This document shows, in pieces, positions 1 through 9,862 of a DNA stretch of 64,000 nucleotides. The position numbers and the translations under genes are program-made. Below the pieces are notes generated by a model, which saw only the letters and a list, made by a program, of their open reading frames with translations, searched no databases and was not told the origin of the DNA. The stretch is from Candidatus Nanopelagicales bacterium (GTDB lineage Bacteria; Actinomycetota; Actinomycetes; S36-B12; GCA-2699445). The DNA is taken from the NCBI GenBank assembly GCA_037045355.1, contig JBAOHO010000029.1, forward strand, positions 139,030 to 203,029, in the 5' to 3' direction. How positions within the stretch are numbered: the stretch's first letter is position 1; every line of letters begins with the position of its first letter.

Positions 1-567
1 TCCCGTGAGGGCGTGAAACTGTCGTTCCTGCCCTTCTTCGCCAAGGCTGTCGTGGAGGCCCTCAAGACCCACCCCACCGTGAACGCCAGCATCGACATGG
101 CCGCCGGGACCGTCACGTACCACGGCTCTGAGCATCTCGGCGTCGCAGTCGATACCGAACGCGGCCTGCTGGTCCCTGTCATCCGGGATGCCGGGGAGCT
201 CAACATCGCCGGTTTGGCTCGGCGGATCGCTGATCTCGCCGAGCGGACCCGGACGAGTGCCGTCACACCGGACGAACTGTCTGGCGGGACATTCACGTTG
301 ACCAATACGGGCAGCAGGGGGGCCTTGTTCGATACGCCGATCATCAATCAGCCACAGGTTGCCATCCTCGGAACCGGGACCGTCGTCAAACGTCCCGTCG
401 TGGTAGCCGGTGCTGACGGGTCGGACGTCATCGCGGTGCGATCCATGGTCTACCTGGCCTTGACGTACGACCATCGCATCGTTGACGGGGCGGATGCCGC
501 CCGGTTCCTGTCCAGCGTCAAACATCGCCTCGAGGAAGGCTCCTTCGAGGGCGAACTCGGACTATGA
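1..567 (+). CDS. sucB: 2-oxoacid dehydrogenase E2 (dihydrolipoamide acyl/succinyltransferase), C-terminal catalytic domain; 5' end outside window
   Basis: The frame is open from base 1. The translation carries the E2 catalytic region ...[17 protein letters not shown]... and stops at 565-567. It lies upstream of lipB/lipA, as dlaT/sucB does in mycobacteria. Confidence 0.9.
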   Translation, partial: SREGVKLSFLPFFAKAVVEALKTHPTVNASIDMAAGTVTYHGSEHLGVAVDTERGLLVPVIRDAGELNIAGLARRIADLAERTRTSAVTPDELSGGTFTLTNTGSRGALFDTPIINQPQVAILGTGTVVKRPVVVAGADGSDVIAVRSMVYLALTYDHRIVDGADAARFLSSVKHRLEEGSFEGELGL

Positions 568-609
568 CAGTGGGCGGCGCCTCATGACGTCCGATCGGAG
601 GATCACCTC

Positions 610-1503
610 ATGACCGTGGGAATCACGGGTGCGAGCGGAACCATCGGCACTGGACTGGCGGAATCCTTGCGCGCCGACGGCATTGCGGTGCGCCGTTTCG
701 TACGGCGACCTGCACGCACCCCCGACGAGATCAGCTGGGACCCCGAGGGCCGGTCGATCGACACCGCCGCCCTGGAATCGGCGGGACTGACCGCAGTCGT
801 CCACCTGGCTGGGGCGGGAGTGGGTGATCGCCGCTGGACCGCCTCCTACAAAGACGAGATCCTGAGTTCCCGCGTCGCGGGAACGGAGACACTCGCGAAG
901 GCACTGGCCGGCTTGCCGCGGCGGGTGGCCCTGATCAGCGGTTCGGCAATCGGCTACTACGGCGACACGGGGACCGCGATCGTCGATGAGTCCGCCCTGC
1001 CGGGCAGTACCTTCCTCGCCGATGTCGTGGTCCGCTGGGAGTCGGCCACCGCGGCGGCGATCGACGCGGGCTTGCGGGTGGCATTCGCCCGAACCGGTTT
1101 GGTGGTGTCCCGCTCCGGCGGGGCATTCGGCAAGATGGTCCCCATCTTCAAGGCTGGGATCGGCGGTCGGCTGGGGTCCGGGCGTCAGTGGTGGTCCTTC
1201 ATCTCCCTGACTGACGAGATCCGTGCCCTCCGTTTCCTGATCGACAACGAACTTGACGGACCGTTCAATCTGGTGGCACCTCATCCTGTGACCAATAGCG
1301 AAGCAGTGCATGATCTGGGCGCGGCTTTGCACCGGCCGGCGGCGTTGCCTGTCCCGTCCTTCGCACTTCGCACGGCCCTTGGCGAGTTCGCCAGCGAAAT
1401 CACCATGAGCCAGGGTGTGGAACCTCGCCGGCTGACGGCTGCCGGCTTCACATGGAATCACCCGACCCTGCCACAGGCTCTCGCAGCTGAATTGGCCGCC
1501 TGA
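610..1503 (+). CDS. TIGR01777/YfcH-like epimerase-family SDR protein
   Basis: 297-aa ORF with an N-terminal Rossmann motif ([12 protein letters not shown]) and a long C-terminal tail typical of YfcH-type proteins. It occupies the position of Rv2216 between the E2 gene and lipB. Confidence 0.8.
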   Translation: MTVGITGASGTIGTGLAESLRADGIAVRRFVRRPARTPDEISWDPEGRSIDTAALESAGLTAVVHLAGAGVGDRRWTASYKDEILSSRVAGTETLAKALAGLPRRVALISGSAIGYYGDTGTAIVDESALPGSTFLADVVVRWESATAAAIDAGLRVAFARTGLVVSRSGGAFGKMVPIFKAGIGGRLGSGRQWWSFISLTDEIRALRFLIDNELDGPFNLVAPHPVTNSEAVHDLGAALHRPAALPVPSFALRTALGEFASEITMSQGVEPRRLTAAGFTWNHPTLPQALAAELAA

Positions 1504-1507
1504 CCTC

Positions 1508-2125
1508 GTGGTGGGGAGTCTGGTCATCCAGCGGGTCGATCTCGGCTCTCGACCCATCCCCTACGAAGAGGCCTGGCAGTTACAGCGGCGAATCCATGCC
1601 GAGGTATGTGAGGGACATCGGCCCGACACCTTACTGCTGTTGGAACACGAAGCTGTCTACACAGCGGGGTCGCGCACCCAGCCTCAGGATCGGCCCTGGG
1701 ACGGTTCGCCCGTCCTCGACGTCGACCGCGGGGGTCGGATCACCTGGCACGGACCGGGACAACTCGTCGGTTACCCGATCGTGCGTCTTCCTCACCGCAT
1801 GGATGTCGTGGCCTACGTTCGATTCCTCGAGGACCTCATCATGACGGTGTGCAGACACTTCGGGGTCGTGGGCTTCCGGGTCGAGGGCCGTTCCGGAGTC
1901 TGGGTCGACGGCCCGGCCAAGGTGGCTGCCATCGGGGTGCGAGTTGCGCGTGGAGTCACGATGCATGGCTTCGCCATCAACTGTGACTGTGACCTCTCCT
2001 GGGCGGAGCGCATCGTGCCGTGCGGAATCGACGATGCCACCGTGACGTCGCTGAGCGAAGTCACCGGCCGGCGGATCACCGTGGAAGAAGTCGCCGACAC
2101 CGTTTCGGAGTATGTGCCCCGATGA
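1508..2125 (+). CDS. lipB: lipoyl(octanoyl) transferase LipB
   Basis: GTG start 4 nt after the preceding stop; 205 aa. It carries LipB-type motifs ([29 protein letters not shown]) and is directly followed by lipA. Confidence 0.92.
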   Translation: MVGSLVIQRVDLGSRPIPYEEAWQLQRRIHAEVCEGHRPDTLLLLEHEAVYTAGSRTQPQDRPWDGSPVLDVDRGGRITWHGPGQLVGYPIVRLPHRMDVVAYVRFLEDLIMTVCRHFGVVGFRVEGRSGVWVDGPAKVAAIGVRVARGVTMHGFAINCDCDLSWAERIVPCGIDDATVTSLSEVTGRRITVEEVADTVSEYVPR

Positions 2126-2991
2126 TCGTGCTCAGGGCCTTGGGGGTCGTGCTGGCCGGACTCCTGGCCACCGCCGCGTGCCTCGGCTTCGCCGTCGACC
2201 GCTCGTTGGCCGACTCGGCCGACTTCGTAGTTCGGATGGATCAAGCCCTCGACGACCCTCAGGTCATCGCCGAACTCCAGTCCGTGGTGCGAACCGAAAC
2301 GCTGGCGGCGGCTGACCGATTGGCTGCAAGTGCGGGGCCGCTGGGTGGATTGGCCCGGTCCGGGGCACAGGCAGCCGCCGACCAACTCGCCGCCGCTGTC
2401 ACGTCACCGGAGTTCCGTACTGCTTGGTCGTCATGGTCTGCACTGCTCTACGAAGGCTTGGCCGCCGAGCCGACAGGAGCAGGCGACGCTCAGGTGCAGG
2501 TCTCGGGATCTGTCATTGTTGTGGCGGTCGAACCGCTGCTGTCGCCGTTGCTCGGGGATTCTCTGGCGGGCAACCTCAGCGGGGTCCTCGACTTCCTCGG
2601 CCGTGACACCACCGTGTCCATCACGACCGGGGTTCCGCTGGAACAGATCCTGCAGGCGACCGGGCAACTGGCCGAGATGCGCTGGGGGCTGCTCATCGCC
2701 GCCTTGGCCGCAGGATTCCTCTCGGCGCTGGCCGCGCGGCCCCGCTGGGGCTGGTCAGCGGGAGTCCTCCTGTGGTGCGCCGCTTGTCTGGCCGGCGCCG
2801 GTTTCGTCATGGGACTCGCCGGGGCTGCTTCCGCTACGGGCTCGGACTACCCGGCGCTCAGCCGCAGCGTGACGTCCGCCTTGACCGCCCCCTGGTCGGC
2901 GATGCTTCTGACAGTTGCGGCGGCGGTGGGAATCCTGGGAGTGGTCACCGCCGCTGTTGCGCTCGTGACCCGGGAACGCCCTCGCTCCTGA
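2122..2991 (+). CDS. hypothetical integral membrane protein
   Basis: ATG 2122 overlaps the lipB stop (ATGA). It has an N-terminal TM helix ([20 protein letters not shown]) and several C-terminal hydrophobic helices. The ORF-track start at 2020 lies inside lipB and was not used. No domain was recognised. Confidence 0.55.
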   Translation: MIVLRALGVVLAGLLATAACLGFAVDRSLADSADFVVRMDQALDDPQVIAELQSVVRTETLAAADRLAASAGPLGGLARSGAQAAADQLAAAVTSPEFRTAWSSWSALLYEGLAAEPTGAGDAQVQVSGSVIVVAVEPLLSPLLGDSLAGNLSGVLDFLGRDTTVSITTGVPLEQILQATGQLAEMRWGLLIAALAAGFLSALAARPRWGWSAGVLLWCAACLAGAGFVMGLAGAASATGSDYPALSRSVTSALTAPWSAMLLTVAAAVGILGVVTAAVALVTRERPRS

Positions 2992-3023
2992 GCCTCCCCG
3001 AACCGCCTGCCCGCCGGGACTTC

Positions 3024-3148
3024 TCTCCTACTCCCGCGGGTACCCGGGTCTCCTACTCCCGCGGGTACCCGGGTCTCCTACTCCCGCGGGTACCCGGGTC
3101 TCCTACTCCCGCGGGTACCCGGGTCTCCTGCTCCCGCAGGTACCCGAG
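3024..3148. repeat. tandem minisatellite, 25-bp unit x5 (TCTCCTACTCCCGCGGGTACCCGGG; last copy degenerate)
   Basis: Four identical units at 3024, 3049, 3074 and 3099, plus a fifth at 3124 with 3 mismatches. Each unit contains the palindromes CCCGCGGG and ACCCGGGT. The array is intergenic between the membrane-protein stop (2991) and the lipA start (3227). Confidence 0.9.
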
Positions 3149-3226
3149 TCTCGGTGGCGGGCTCCGCCGCGGATCGAACCGGCCGAGGGCGGACTCGGGT
3201 GTAGCTATTGAAGTTAGGGTAAGGAC

Positions 3227-4147
3227 ATGGGCGAGGACCGGCGGCTGCTGCGCATCGAACAACGCAACAGCGACACCCCTATCGAACGCAAACCCCCCTG
3301 GATCCGGACGACTCTGCGCACCGGTCCCGAGTACCTGCAGATCCGTTCCCTCGTCGAGCGCGAGAACCTCCATACCGTCTGCCAGGAAGCGGGATGCCCC
3401 AACATCTACGAGTGCTGGGAGGATCGCGAGGCAACGTTCCTCATCGGCGGAGAGCAGTGCACCCGTCGGTGTGACTTCTGCCAGATCGACACGGGACGGC
3501 CGACGCCCCTGGATCTCGATGAACCGCAACGAGTCGCGGACAGCGTCGCCGCCATGGGGCTCGCTTATGCCACCGTCACCGGCGTGGCTCGCGACGACCT
3601 GCCTGACCAAGGGGCCTGGCTCTACGCGGAGACTGTCTCAGCCATTCATCGCACTGTTCCGGACTGCGGCGTTGAAGTGCTGATCCCGGATTTCTCAGCC
3701 GAACTCGATCTGCTGGATCAGGTCTTTGCCGCGCGACCCGAGGTGCTGGCCCACAATCTCGAGACGGTACCGCGCATCTTCAAGCGAATCCGCCCGGCCT
3801 TCCGTTACCAGCGCTCGCTGGAAGTCCTCCAGCAGGCCAAGGACTTCGGGCTCATCACGAAGTCCAACCTGATCTTGGGACTCGGGGAGGAACCTGACGA
3901 AGTCGAGCAGGCACTGGCCGATCTGCGATCTGTGTCCTGCGATCTCATCACGATCACCCAATACCTCCGCCCGAGTCCGCGGCACCATCCAGTGGCCCGC
4001 TGGGTGCATCCGGACGAGTTCCTGCACCTGGAGCAGGTTGCGCGCGACCTTGGTTTCTCCGGTGTCATGAGCGGCCCACTGGTCCGCTCCTCCTACCGTG
4101 CCGGGCGACTGTTCCGATCAGCGTCTGGCGTGTCGGCGGGTTCATGA
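3227..4147 (+). CDS. lipA: lipoyl synthase LipA (radical SAM)
   Basis: 306 aa with the auxiliary-cluster motif CPNIYECW and the radical-SAM motif [10 protein letters not shown], in the conserved lipB-lipA order. Confidence 0.97.
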   Translation: MGEDRRLLRIEQRNSDTPIERKPPWIRTTLRTGPEYLQIRSLVERENLHTVCQEAGCPNIYECWEDREATFLIGGEQCTRRCDFCQIDTGRPTPLDLDEPQRVADSVAAMGLAYATVTGVARDDLPDQGAWLYAETVSAIHRTVPDCGVEVLIPDFSAELDLLDQVFAARPEVLAHNLETVPRIFKRIRPAFRYQRSLEVLQQAKDFGLITKSNLILGLGEEPDEVEQALADLRSVSCDLITITQYLRPSPRHHPVARWVHPDEFLHLEQVARDLGFSGVMSGPLVRSSYRAGRLFRSASGVSAGS

Positions 4148-4187
4148 CCGGTCAGGTGCGTCTCCCTCGGCTCTCCTGGATCTGGGC

Positions 4188-5297
4188 GTGAGTGCGAACA
4201 CGCCAAGAAGTCGCTACCTGCGGCTCGTCACGGTGTCAACGGGGAACCCCGACACGGATCGACGTGCCACGACACTGCTCAACAGCCTGCTGGTCATGGT
4301 GCCCGCGACGCTCATCGCCGCCGCCCTGTTCTGGAAGGAGGCCAACGGCGAACTAAGCGCACTGATACTCGTGCTGGTTGCGGCCCTGTGCGTGGGACTC
4401 TTCACCGTCTGTCGGGCGGGACACGTCAATATCGCTGTGCTCGGATTCTCCGCGACCCTGTGGATTCTCGTGGTCGGACAGCCCATCTTGAGTGGGGACT
4501 TGAGTACCAATGCGGCCCTCGTGGCGCCCGCGGGGGCCTTGATCCTGTTCCTACTGCCGTACAACTGGCGCTGGTGGTCCCTCGTCTGGGCAGGTAGCGC
4601 CTTGGCCGCGCTGTGGCTGGGCACGACCGACGAAGAGACCGTCTTGGCGTCGCGATGGATACAGCTGATCAGCGAAGCCCTGATCTCGCTGACGATGATC
4701 GTGCTGATCTCCTTCGCTGCCCAACAACTCCTGGTGGCGTCTCGCCGCGGCCAGGAGGTGTCCGCGGCACTCGAGTCGCAGAGTGAGCTTCTCAGTCAGT
4801 TGGAGCAAGCCGCGAACACGGACCCGCTCACTGGTCTGCTGAACCGCCGCGCCCTGGATCCGTTGCTCGATGCCCAGCTGGTGGGACCGATGTCGCCCCA
4901 TCCCGCCGTGGCGTTGGTCGACTTGGACAACTTCAAGCAGATCAATGACCAGGCCTCCCACGCCGCCGGGGACATGGTCCTCGCCCGACTCGCTCAGATC
5001 CTCAGACACAACTCGCGGTCCAGCGATCTGCTGTTCCGACTCGGTGGCGATGAGTTCATGATCGTCTCCGGCCACGGTGGGGCCGAAGGGCTGGACAGTT
5101 GGCTCCAGAGACAGCGCACGATTCTCGCAGCCCAACATTGGTCCGATCTGCCGGCTGCGCTGCGACCGACGATCAGCGCGGGAGTCACGAACGTCACCGA
5201 TGACGCTCACATCACCCTACGAGCGGCCATGAACGATGCCGACCGCTTGCTCCGCGCGGCGAAGTCGTCGGGGCGCGACCGTATCGTGACGGGCTAG
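4188..5297 (+). CDS. membrane-anchored diguanylate cyclase (GGDEF domain)
   Basis: C-terminal GGDEF domain (DPLTGLLNRRAL ... LFRLGGDEFMIV) preceded by about 5-6 hydrophobic helices. The ORF-track start 4098 overlaps lipA. GTG 4188 is the first start downstream of the lipA stop; GTG 4233 and ATG 4296 are alternatives, so the start is uncertain. Confidence 0.8.
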   Translation: MSANTPRSRYLRLVTVSTGNPDTDRRATTLLNSLLVMVPATLIAAALFWKEANGELSALILVLVAALCVGLFTVCRAGHVNIAVLGFSATLWILVVGQPILSGDLSTNAALVAPAGALILFLLPYNWRWWSLVWAGSALAALWLGTTDEETVLASRWIQLISEALISLTMIVLISFAAQQLLVASRRGQEVSAALESQSELLSQLEQAANTDPLTGLLNRRALDPLLDAQLVGPMSPHPAVALVDLDNFKQINDQASHAAGDMVLARLAQILRHNSRSSDLLFRLGGDEFMIVSGHGGAEGLDSWLQRQRTILAAQHWSDLPAALRPTISAGVTNVTDDAHITLRAAMNDADRLLRAAKSSGRDRIVTG

Positions 5298-5405
5298 AGT
5301 CCGTTCGAACCTTCGTCGCGCAGACCGTCCGCCAATTTCCCCTGACCTGCTACCTGCCGGCGCTGAGCCTTCCGGCGCAAGTCACGGCGCGGCCGGGGCG
5401 GATAC

Positions 5406-5431
5406 CACTAGGGGTGTCACCTACCCTAGTG
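5406..5431. promoter_or_regulatory. inverted repeat CACTAGGG-n10-CCCTAGTG abutting the start codon of the DUF4191 gene
   Basis: Perfect 8-bp arms at 5406-5413 and 5424-5431; the ATG is at 5434. It could be an operator or a 5'-UTR hairpin. The function is not demonstrable from sequence. Confidence 0.25.
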
Positions 5432-5433
5432 AG

Positions 5434-6126
5434 ATGGCCGAAACTCCCGCACCCAAGAAGAAGCGCTTCGCCTGGGTCGGCCAGGTGCGCGACAACTACC
5501 GCATGACTGCCGAGGTCTACCCATCACTCGGGTGGATCATGGCCGGGATCTTCGTGGGCATCCTGGCTATTGCCCTGGTCATCGGCTTCCTCATCGGCAA
5601 CCCCGTGACCGTCGGCCTCGTCGGTGTATCCCTAGGGCTGCTTGCTTCGATGTGGTTCTTCAGCCGCAAGGCGATGTCCGCCGCGTACAGCCAGGTCGAG
5701 GGACAACCTGGCGGGGCCGCCGCCGTCGCCCAAGCCATGCGCGGCAACTGGAGCACCACCCCCGCCGTGTCCGTCACGAAGAACCAGGACATGGTCCATC
5801 GGGTGGTCGGTCGACCAGGAGTGATTCTCGTGTCGGAGGGGCCATCCACCCGGGTGCGGCACATGCTCTCGAGCGAGAAGAAACGCACGCAGCGCTTCAT
5901 CCCCGACACGCCCATCCATGAAGTCCAGGTCGGCGACGAAGCCGATCAGATCCCGATCGCGAAGTTGCAGAAGTCCCTGTCCAAACTCCCGAATGCCTTG
6001 ACCCCCGCCGAAGTCACAGAGGTCAGGCGGCGACTCGATGCCCTCACGCAGCAGCCAGCGCCTATTCCGAAGGGACCGATGCCGCGCAGCCCCAAAGCTG
6101 CCAAGTCGCAGATGCGCGGCCGCTGA
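5434..6126 (+). CDS. DUF4191 family membrane protein (Rv2219-like)
   Basis: 230 aa with a basic N-terminus (KKKRFAWVGQVRDNYRMT) followed by two TM helices. It occupies the conserved position downstream of lipA. Confidence 0.8.
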   Translation: MAETPAPKKKRFAWVGQVRDNYRMTAEVYPSLGWIMAGIFVGILAIALVIGFLIGNPVTVGLVGVSLGLLASMWFFSRKAMSAAYSQVEGQPGGAAAVAQAMRGNWSTTPAVSVTKNQDMVHRVVGRPGVILVSEGPSTRVRHMLSSEKKRTQRFIPDTPIHEVQVGDEADQIPIAKLQKSLSKLPNALTPAEVTEVRRRLDALTQQPAPIPKGPMPRSPKAAKSQMRGR

Positions 6127-6152
6127 GTCACAGGTACGGGGCCGCTGAGCGG

Positions 6153-7724
6153 TCACTTCCCCGCGACGGGGACACGTATCAGATCTGTGACTCCCTCACT
6201 GGCGATATAGACGTATCGGCTGTCCGGCGTGAACGTCACCGCCTCTCCCTGGCCCTGAGCCGGCAGCGTCAGTACACGTGGGTCAACACCCGGTACCCCG
6301 GTGAGCAACAGCGCATCGGCGTAGTAGCGGACGACAGTCAGGGTTCGGTCCGCAGCCACTGCTCCGTCAGTGGCCGTTGACCCCACCGTCTGGATCACGG
6401 AACCTGTGGTGGCGCTTCCGTCAGCGCGGAAGTTACCTCCGAGCCGGTACACCCCACCCACGGCTTCTTTGCTGATCAAGTAGATGTCACCGTTGGCCAC
6501 CGGATCGACCAGGAGCGTCTCGCAGTTGCGTCGTCCCTCTGTCCAGGTCACCTGAATGGTCTCAACAGGCACCGACTGATCGAGCAGGGCGGCGGGCTCG
6601 GCCAGTCGATACAACTGCACCCGCTCTCGAGTCAGACCGTTGTCTCCCACATCGGCCACCCACAACTCCGGCGATCCGGCAGCGTCGCGCCCCATCCCGA
6701 TTGCCTCGATATCGCGCGCCGTGACGCCGTGCAATGCGACGACCGCGCGCACCGCGCAAGTGGTGACATCGATCGCGAATATCCGAGCGCTGTCACCGGA
6801 GTCGTTGTGGGTCCAGACGATGCCCTCGTGAAGGATCGAACTCGCGAGGCCGCTGATCTCGGGCAGTCGCGGATCGGATATCTCGCACATGACCCGAGGT
6901 GTTGCGTCGATCGGCTCAGGTGCAGGTGTTGTCGCGGTCGGAGATGCCAGGGGGTCGGGTAGAGGTGCCGACGCAGCGGGGGATGTGACCGGTTCCGGCG
7001 AGGGGGTCTCTAGTGGCAGCACTGGCGTGGGCGTCGGACTCGGATCCACGGTCGGGACCGCCGATGGTGTCGGTTCTGGCGGCTGAGCGTCGGGCGCCCT
7101 GACCAAGCCGCTCAACACGAAGTCGAACCACACCCCGTGGCGCCGCTCACTGTCGTCGTGAACCTCCACTGCAACCACGTTGCGACCAATTCGAAGCAGG
7201 CCTGTGGGAATCTCGGTTCCGCGCCAACGTCGGGGATGGCGCACGCTTCGGTTGGCGAGGGTCTGACGGTCAGGATTCGCGGAGATGTTGAAGCGCCAGA
7301 TCCGCGACCCATTGAGGTAGGCCACCACGCCATCGGCGATCTGGGCACTGAGGCGCAGCCGCGGCACTACTGCGGGGTTCTCGACCTGGAACGTCGTCCG
7401 GAAGAAGTGGGCCTGCTTCCCTGCGACAAGTTCGGTCGCCGGATCGCGATAGCCGCGACCGAAGGGGGCAGGAGCGAAGTCCCAGGTCCGTGGTGAGCGG
7501 TCGCGTGATGACCAGCGAGGCCCTGGACTTCGATCACCGCCGATGAAGTTCCATCGGGCACCCTGGCCGACCAGTGTTGCCTCGTGCTGGCCGCCTGTGA
7601 CCGCGCGCTCGACCCCCCTGGGCTGGGAGTGCGTCGGCTCGTGAAGAACCACCGCTGCGGTGGGAGGGATCGCTGCGGGCCCTCCGGCCACTGCACAGGC
7701 GACGAGCAAAGTCAGCAGCCGCAT
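6153..7724 (-). CDS. secreted two-domain protein: N-terminal jelly-roll-like module, P/T/S linker, C-terminal beta-propeller-like module
   Basis: ATG 7724 gives a signal peptide (MRLLTLLVACAVAGGPAAIP). The N-module contains ...FFRTTFQVENP...AYLNGSRIWRFN. The linker reads PEPTPSAVPTVDPSPTPTP. The C-module motifs EISGLA, WTHNDSGD and LWVADVGDN resemble SdiA-regulated / phytase-like propeller proteins; this family call is from memory and unverified. Confidence 0.6.
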   Translation of the reverse strand: MRLLTLLVACAVAGGPAAIPPTAAVVLHEPTHSQPRGVERAVTGGQHEATLVGQGARWNFIGGDRSPGPRWSSRDRSPRTWDFAPAPFGRGYRDPATELVAGKQAHFFRTTFQVENPAVVPRLRLSAQIADGVVAYLNGSRIWRFNISANPDRQTLANRSVRHPRRWRGTEIPTGLLRIGRNVVAVEVHDDSERRHGVWFDFVLSGLVRAPDAQPPEPTPSAVPTVDPSPTPTPVLPLETPSPEPVTSPAASAPLPDPLASPTATTPAPEPIDATPRVMCEISDPRLPEISGLASSILHEGIVWTHNDSGDSARIFAIDVTTCAVRAVVALHGVTARDIEAIGMGRDAAGSPELWVADVGDNGLTRERVQLYRLAEPAALLDQSVPVETIQVTWTEGRRNCETLLVDPVANGDIYLISKEAVGGVYRLGGNFRADGSATTGSVIQTVGSTATDGAVAADRTLTVVRYYADALLLTGVPGVDPRVLTLPAQGQGEAVTFTPDSRYVYIASEGVTDLIRVPVAGK

Positions 7725-7837
7725 CGTGTCTCCGATCTCGGCCTCTCGTTCCAGTCTAGGCCGGGTTCGCCCCACGATCGCTTCCATCGTTGCCACCGTG
7801 GGGCGAGCAGGACCGACAGAGCGCCGAACTGCTACTC

Positions 7838-8986
7838 CTAACGGAAGTGGTAGGCGCCGATCGCCAAGGGATACGTGTTGCGCTGCCGGGTGGCCTTACC
7901 GGTGATCGAGACGACGTCGTCCCGCTCCGTCACATCACCCATTCGGCGATACCGGTCGAAGACGTAGGGCAGCGCTGACCCGCCGAACAGGATCGGACTG
8001 TCGCTCAGCTGGAAGTGCAGGTGCGGACCGGTGGTGTTCCCGCTGTTACCCAGCCGGCCGAGTCGCTGTCCCGTTCTGACCCGGTCACCTTGCTCCACGC
8101 GAACAGAACCCTCCTTCATGTGCGCGTACACCGCGAACACGCCAGCTCGGATCCGCACCGACACATGATTGCCCAGGAACTGCACTGCGCTGGTGAGGTC
8201 TTCACCTTCGGCGCCGGGTGGGATGTCCGGCATGTTGTTGCGGACCCTGACCACGACCCCGTCCGTTGCCGACATGATCGGCGAACCAAAGGCGAAGTAG
8301 TCACTGTTGCGGGAGCCGTCACCGTCAGCCTGGCCACCGCCTCGAAGTTGCACGAAGTCGATCGCGAATCGCTCCATCTGCTGCCAAGTGCCACCAGTAC
8401 TGAGTCGAGCCTTGGAATGCGGGCTGTCGGTGCAGCACGCGTTCAGATTGAGCCACCCTTGTCCGCGCAACGGCGGTGCGATGCTGAGCGGAACGTGTGT
8501 GCGGATCGGGGCCTCGGGTGACCTGACGCTCCACTTCACCCCGGTCTGGCGCAAGGTCTCGGGCAGTTCGGTACCGGGCGGCACTTTGTACTCGATTCGA
8601 TGCCTGATAGCGGTGGAGCGGGGACCGGCCCGCATATCCAGAGGCGCCACAAGCGTCTGACTCGGCGCTATGACTCCCGGCGCGGGGCCCGGGTAGATCG
8701 TGGTGAGCGCATCCCGCAGATCGTCGCCTCGCAGCCAACTCAGTGTCCGACCGCGTTGGTCCTCGATCCACAACTCCTCAGGGATCAAAGGGACCGGAAA
8801 CAGGTTGGTGAGTCCCACCGTGTAGACGATCCGATGGTGTCCGTCATCGCCCGTGATCCGCCAGGGGCCTTGCGAGACGGAAACCGAGACTCCGACGAGC
8901 CGACCCGAGTCAGCAGTCACCGGTGACGCGATCGGAACCAGGGTGAGGACACCGGCTGTCAGGAGTACGGGCAGACGCATGCACAT
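7838..8986 (-). CDS. secreted M23 family metallopeptidase
   Basis: Signal peptide MCMRLPVLLTAGVLTLVPIASPVTA. The C-terminal LytM/M23 signature is ...VYAHMKEGSVRVEQGDRVRTGQRLGRLGNSGNTTGPHLHFQL. Confidence 0.85.
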   Translation of the reverse strand: MCMRLPVLLTAGVLTLVPIASPVTADSGRLVGVSVSVSQGPWRITGDDGHHRIVYTVGLTNLFPVPLIPEELWIEDQRGRTLSWLRGDDLRDALTTIYPGPAPGVIAPSQTLVAPLDMRAGPRSTAIRHRIEYKVPPGTELPETLRQTGVKWSVRSPEAPIRTHVPLSIAPPLRGQGWLNLNACCTDSPHSKARLSTGGTWQQMERFAIDFVQLRGGGQADGDGSRNSDYFAFGSPIMSATDGVVVRVRNNMPDIPPGAEGEDLTSAVQFLGNHVSVRIRAGVFAVYAHMKEGSVRVEQGDRVRTGQRLGRLGNSGNTTGPHLHFQLSDSPILFGGSALPYVFDRYRRMGDVTERDDVVSITGKATRQRNTYPLAIGAYHFR

Positions 8987-9083
8987 GCTTCAAGTCTGCC
9001 TGGCGAGTCCAGCGATCACGGGGCACTTGGTCCTTGTGATCATTGTCGCTGAGGCGGTCAGCGCTGTTCGGAGGACGGCGGCG

Positions 9084-9791
9084 TCAGGTCCCCGTGTAGG
9101 TGATGGAGACTGTGGGCGAGGTCGCCAGCACTTTGCCTGTCGGGTTCAATACCTGGACGCGGTACCGACCGACCCCTGGCGCGTATCCCTCCACGGTTCC
9201 CGCCGCTCTTCCGGACTTGTTCAACCGTCGCACATCGACGCCCTGCCAACTGGTGCGACCCTTCACCTGGATCGCGGCGCGCATTCCGGCCGCCATCTCG
9301 GCCGGCGTGACGGTGACGCTGTAAGGGACATTGACCCGGATCGGGGATGAACTCTTCGACAGTGTCAGGCGCGGAGACAGGGACAGCTTCGTCCAGGTGA
9401 ACGTGGCCACCGTACTGCGGGCGAGGGTCCGCCCGTCTCCGGCGTTGACCAGAACGGCACGATATCGCTTCGTCCCGGAGGTTTTGGACGTGACCGTACT
9501 TGCGGCCACACCATCATTGCCGACACGAGGTCGATCGATGGTGCGCCAGCGAGTACCGCTGTCGATCTGGAGCAGAACCGTCCGACCTGCGGTCTTTGCG
9601 GAGGGCGTCGTTGTGACGCGGTAACTCACTGCTGTGGTCACGGCAGCGGACTTGCCACTGATCGCCAGCGATGCGGTGTACATGACTCCCGTCGGCCGGG
9701 CTGATTGCCCGTTCCCAGAGGCGATGGAGAGCGGTCCGGCGACCACGATCACCAGCACCGCGGAGAGGACCGATAGTGCGCGAGTCTTCAT
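9084..9791 (-). CDS. secreted protein with two tandem Ig-like modules
   Basis: ATG 9791 gives the signal peptide MKTRALSVLSAVLVIVVAGPLSIASG. It is followed by two modules of about 100 aa with the same pattern (...GRTVLLQIDSGTRWRTID...RYRAVLVN... and ...AAIQVKGRTSWQGVD...RYRVQVLN...). Confidence 0.5.
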   Translation of the reverse strand: MKTRALSVLSAVLVIVVAGPLSIASGNGQSARPTGVMYTASLAISGKSAAVTTAVSYRVTTTPSAKTAGRTVLLQIDSGTRWRTIDRPRVGNDGVAASTVTSKTSGTKRYRAVLVNAGDGRTLARSTVATFTWTKLSLSPRLTLSKSSSPIRVNVPYSVTVTPAEMAAGMRAAIQVKGRTSWQGVDVRRLNKSGRAAGTVEGYAPGVGRYRVQVLNPTGKVLATSPTVSITYTGT

Positions 9792-9862
9792 AGGTCCAGT
9801 GTCGACCTGGCAGCTTCTCACCCTGAAGGGGTTCGCACGCAGTCGGGACCAACGTCCCGGGA

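Noticed and set aside
562-1557. 331-aa minus-strand ORF
   Set aside because: It lies entirely antisense to the well-supported yfcH-like gene. Its Arg/Gly/Pro/His-rich, low-complexity translation is typical of shadow ORFs in high-GC DNA.
2772-3683. 303-aa ORF running through the 25-bp minisatellite into lipA
   Set aside because: Its translation is just the repeat read as peptide (…SYSRGYPGLLLPRVPGSPTPAGTRV…) and is out of frame with lipA. It is spurious.
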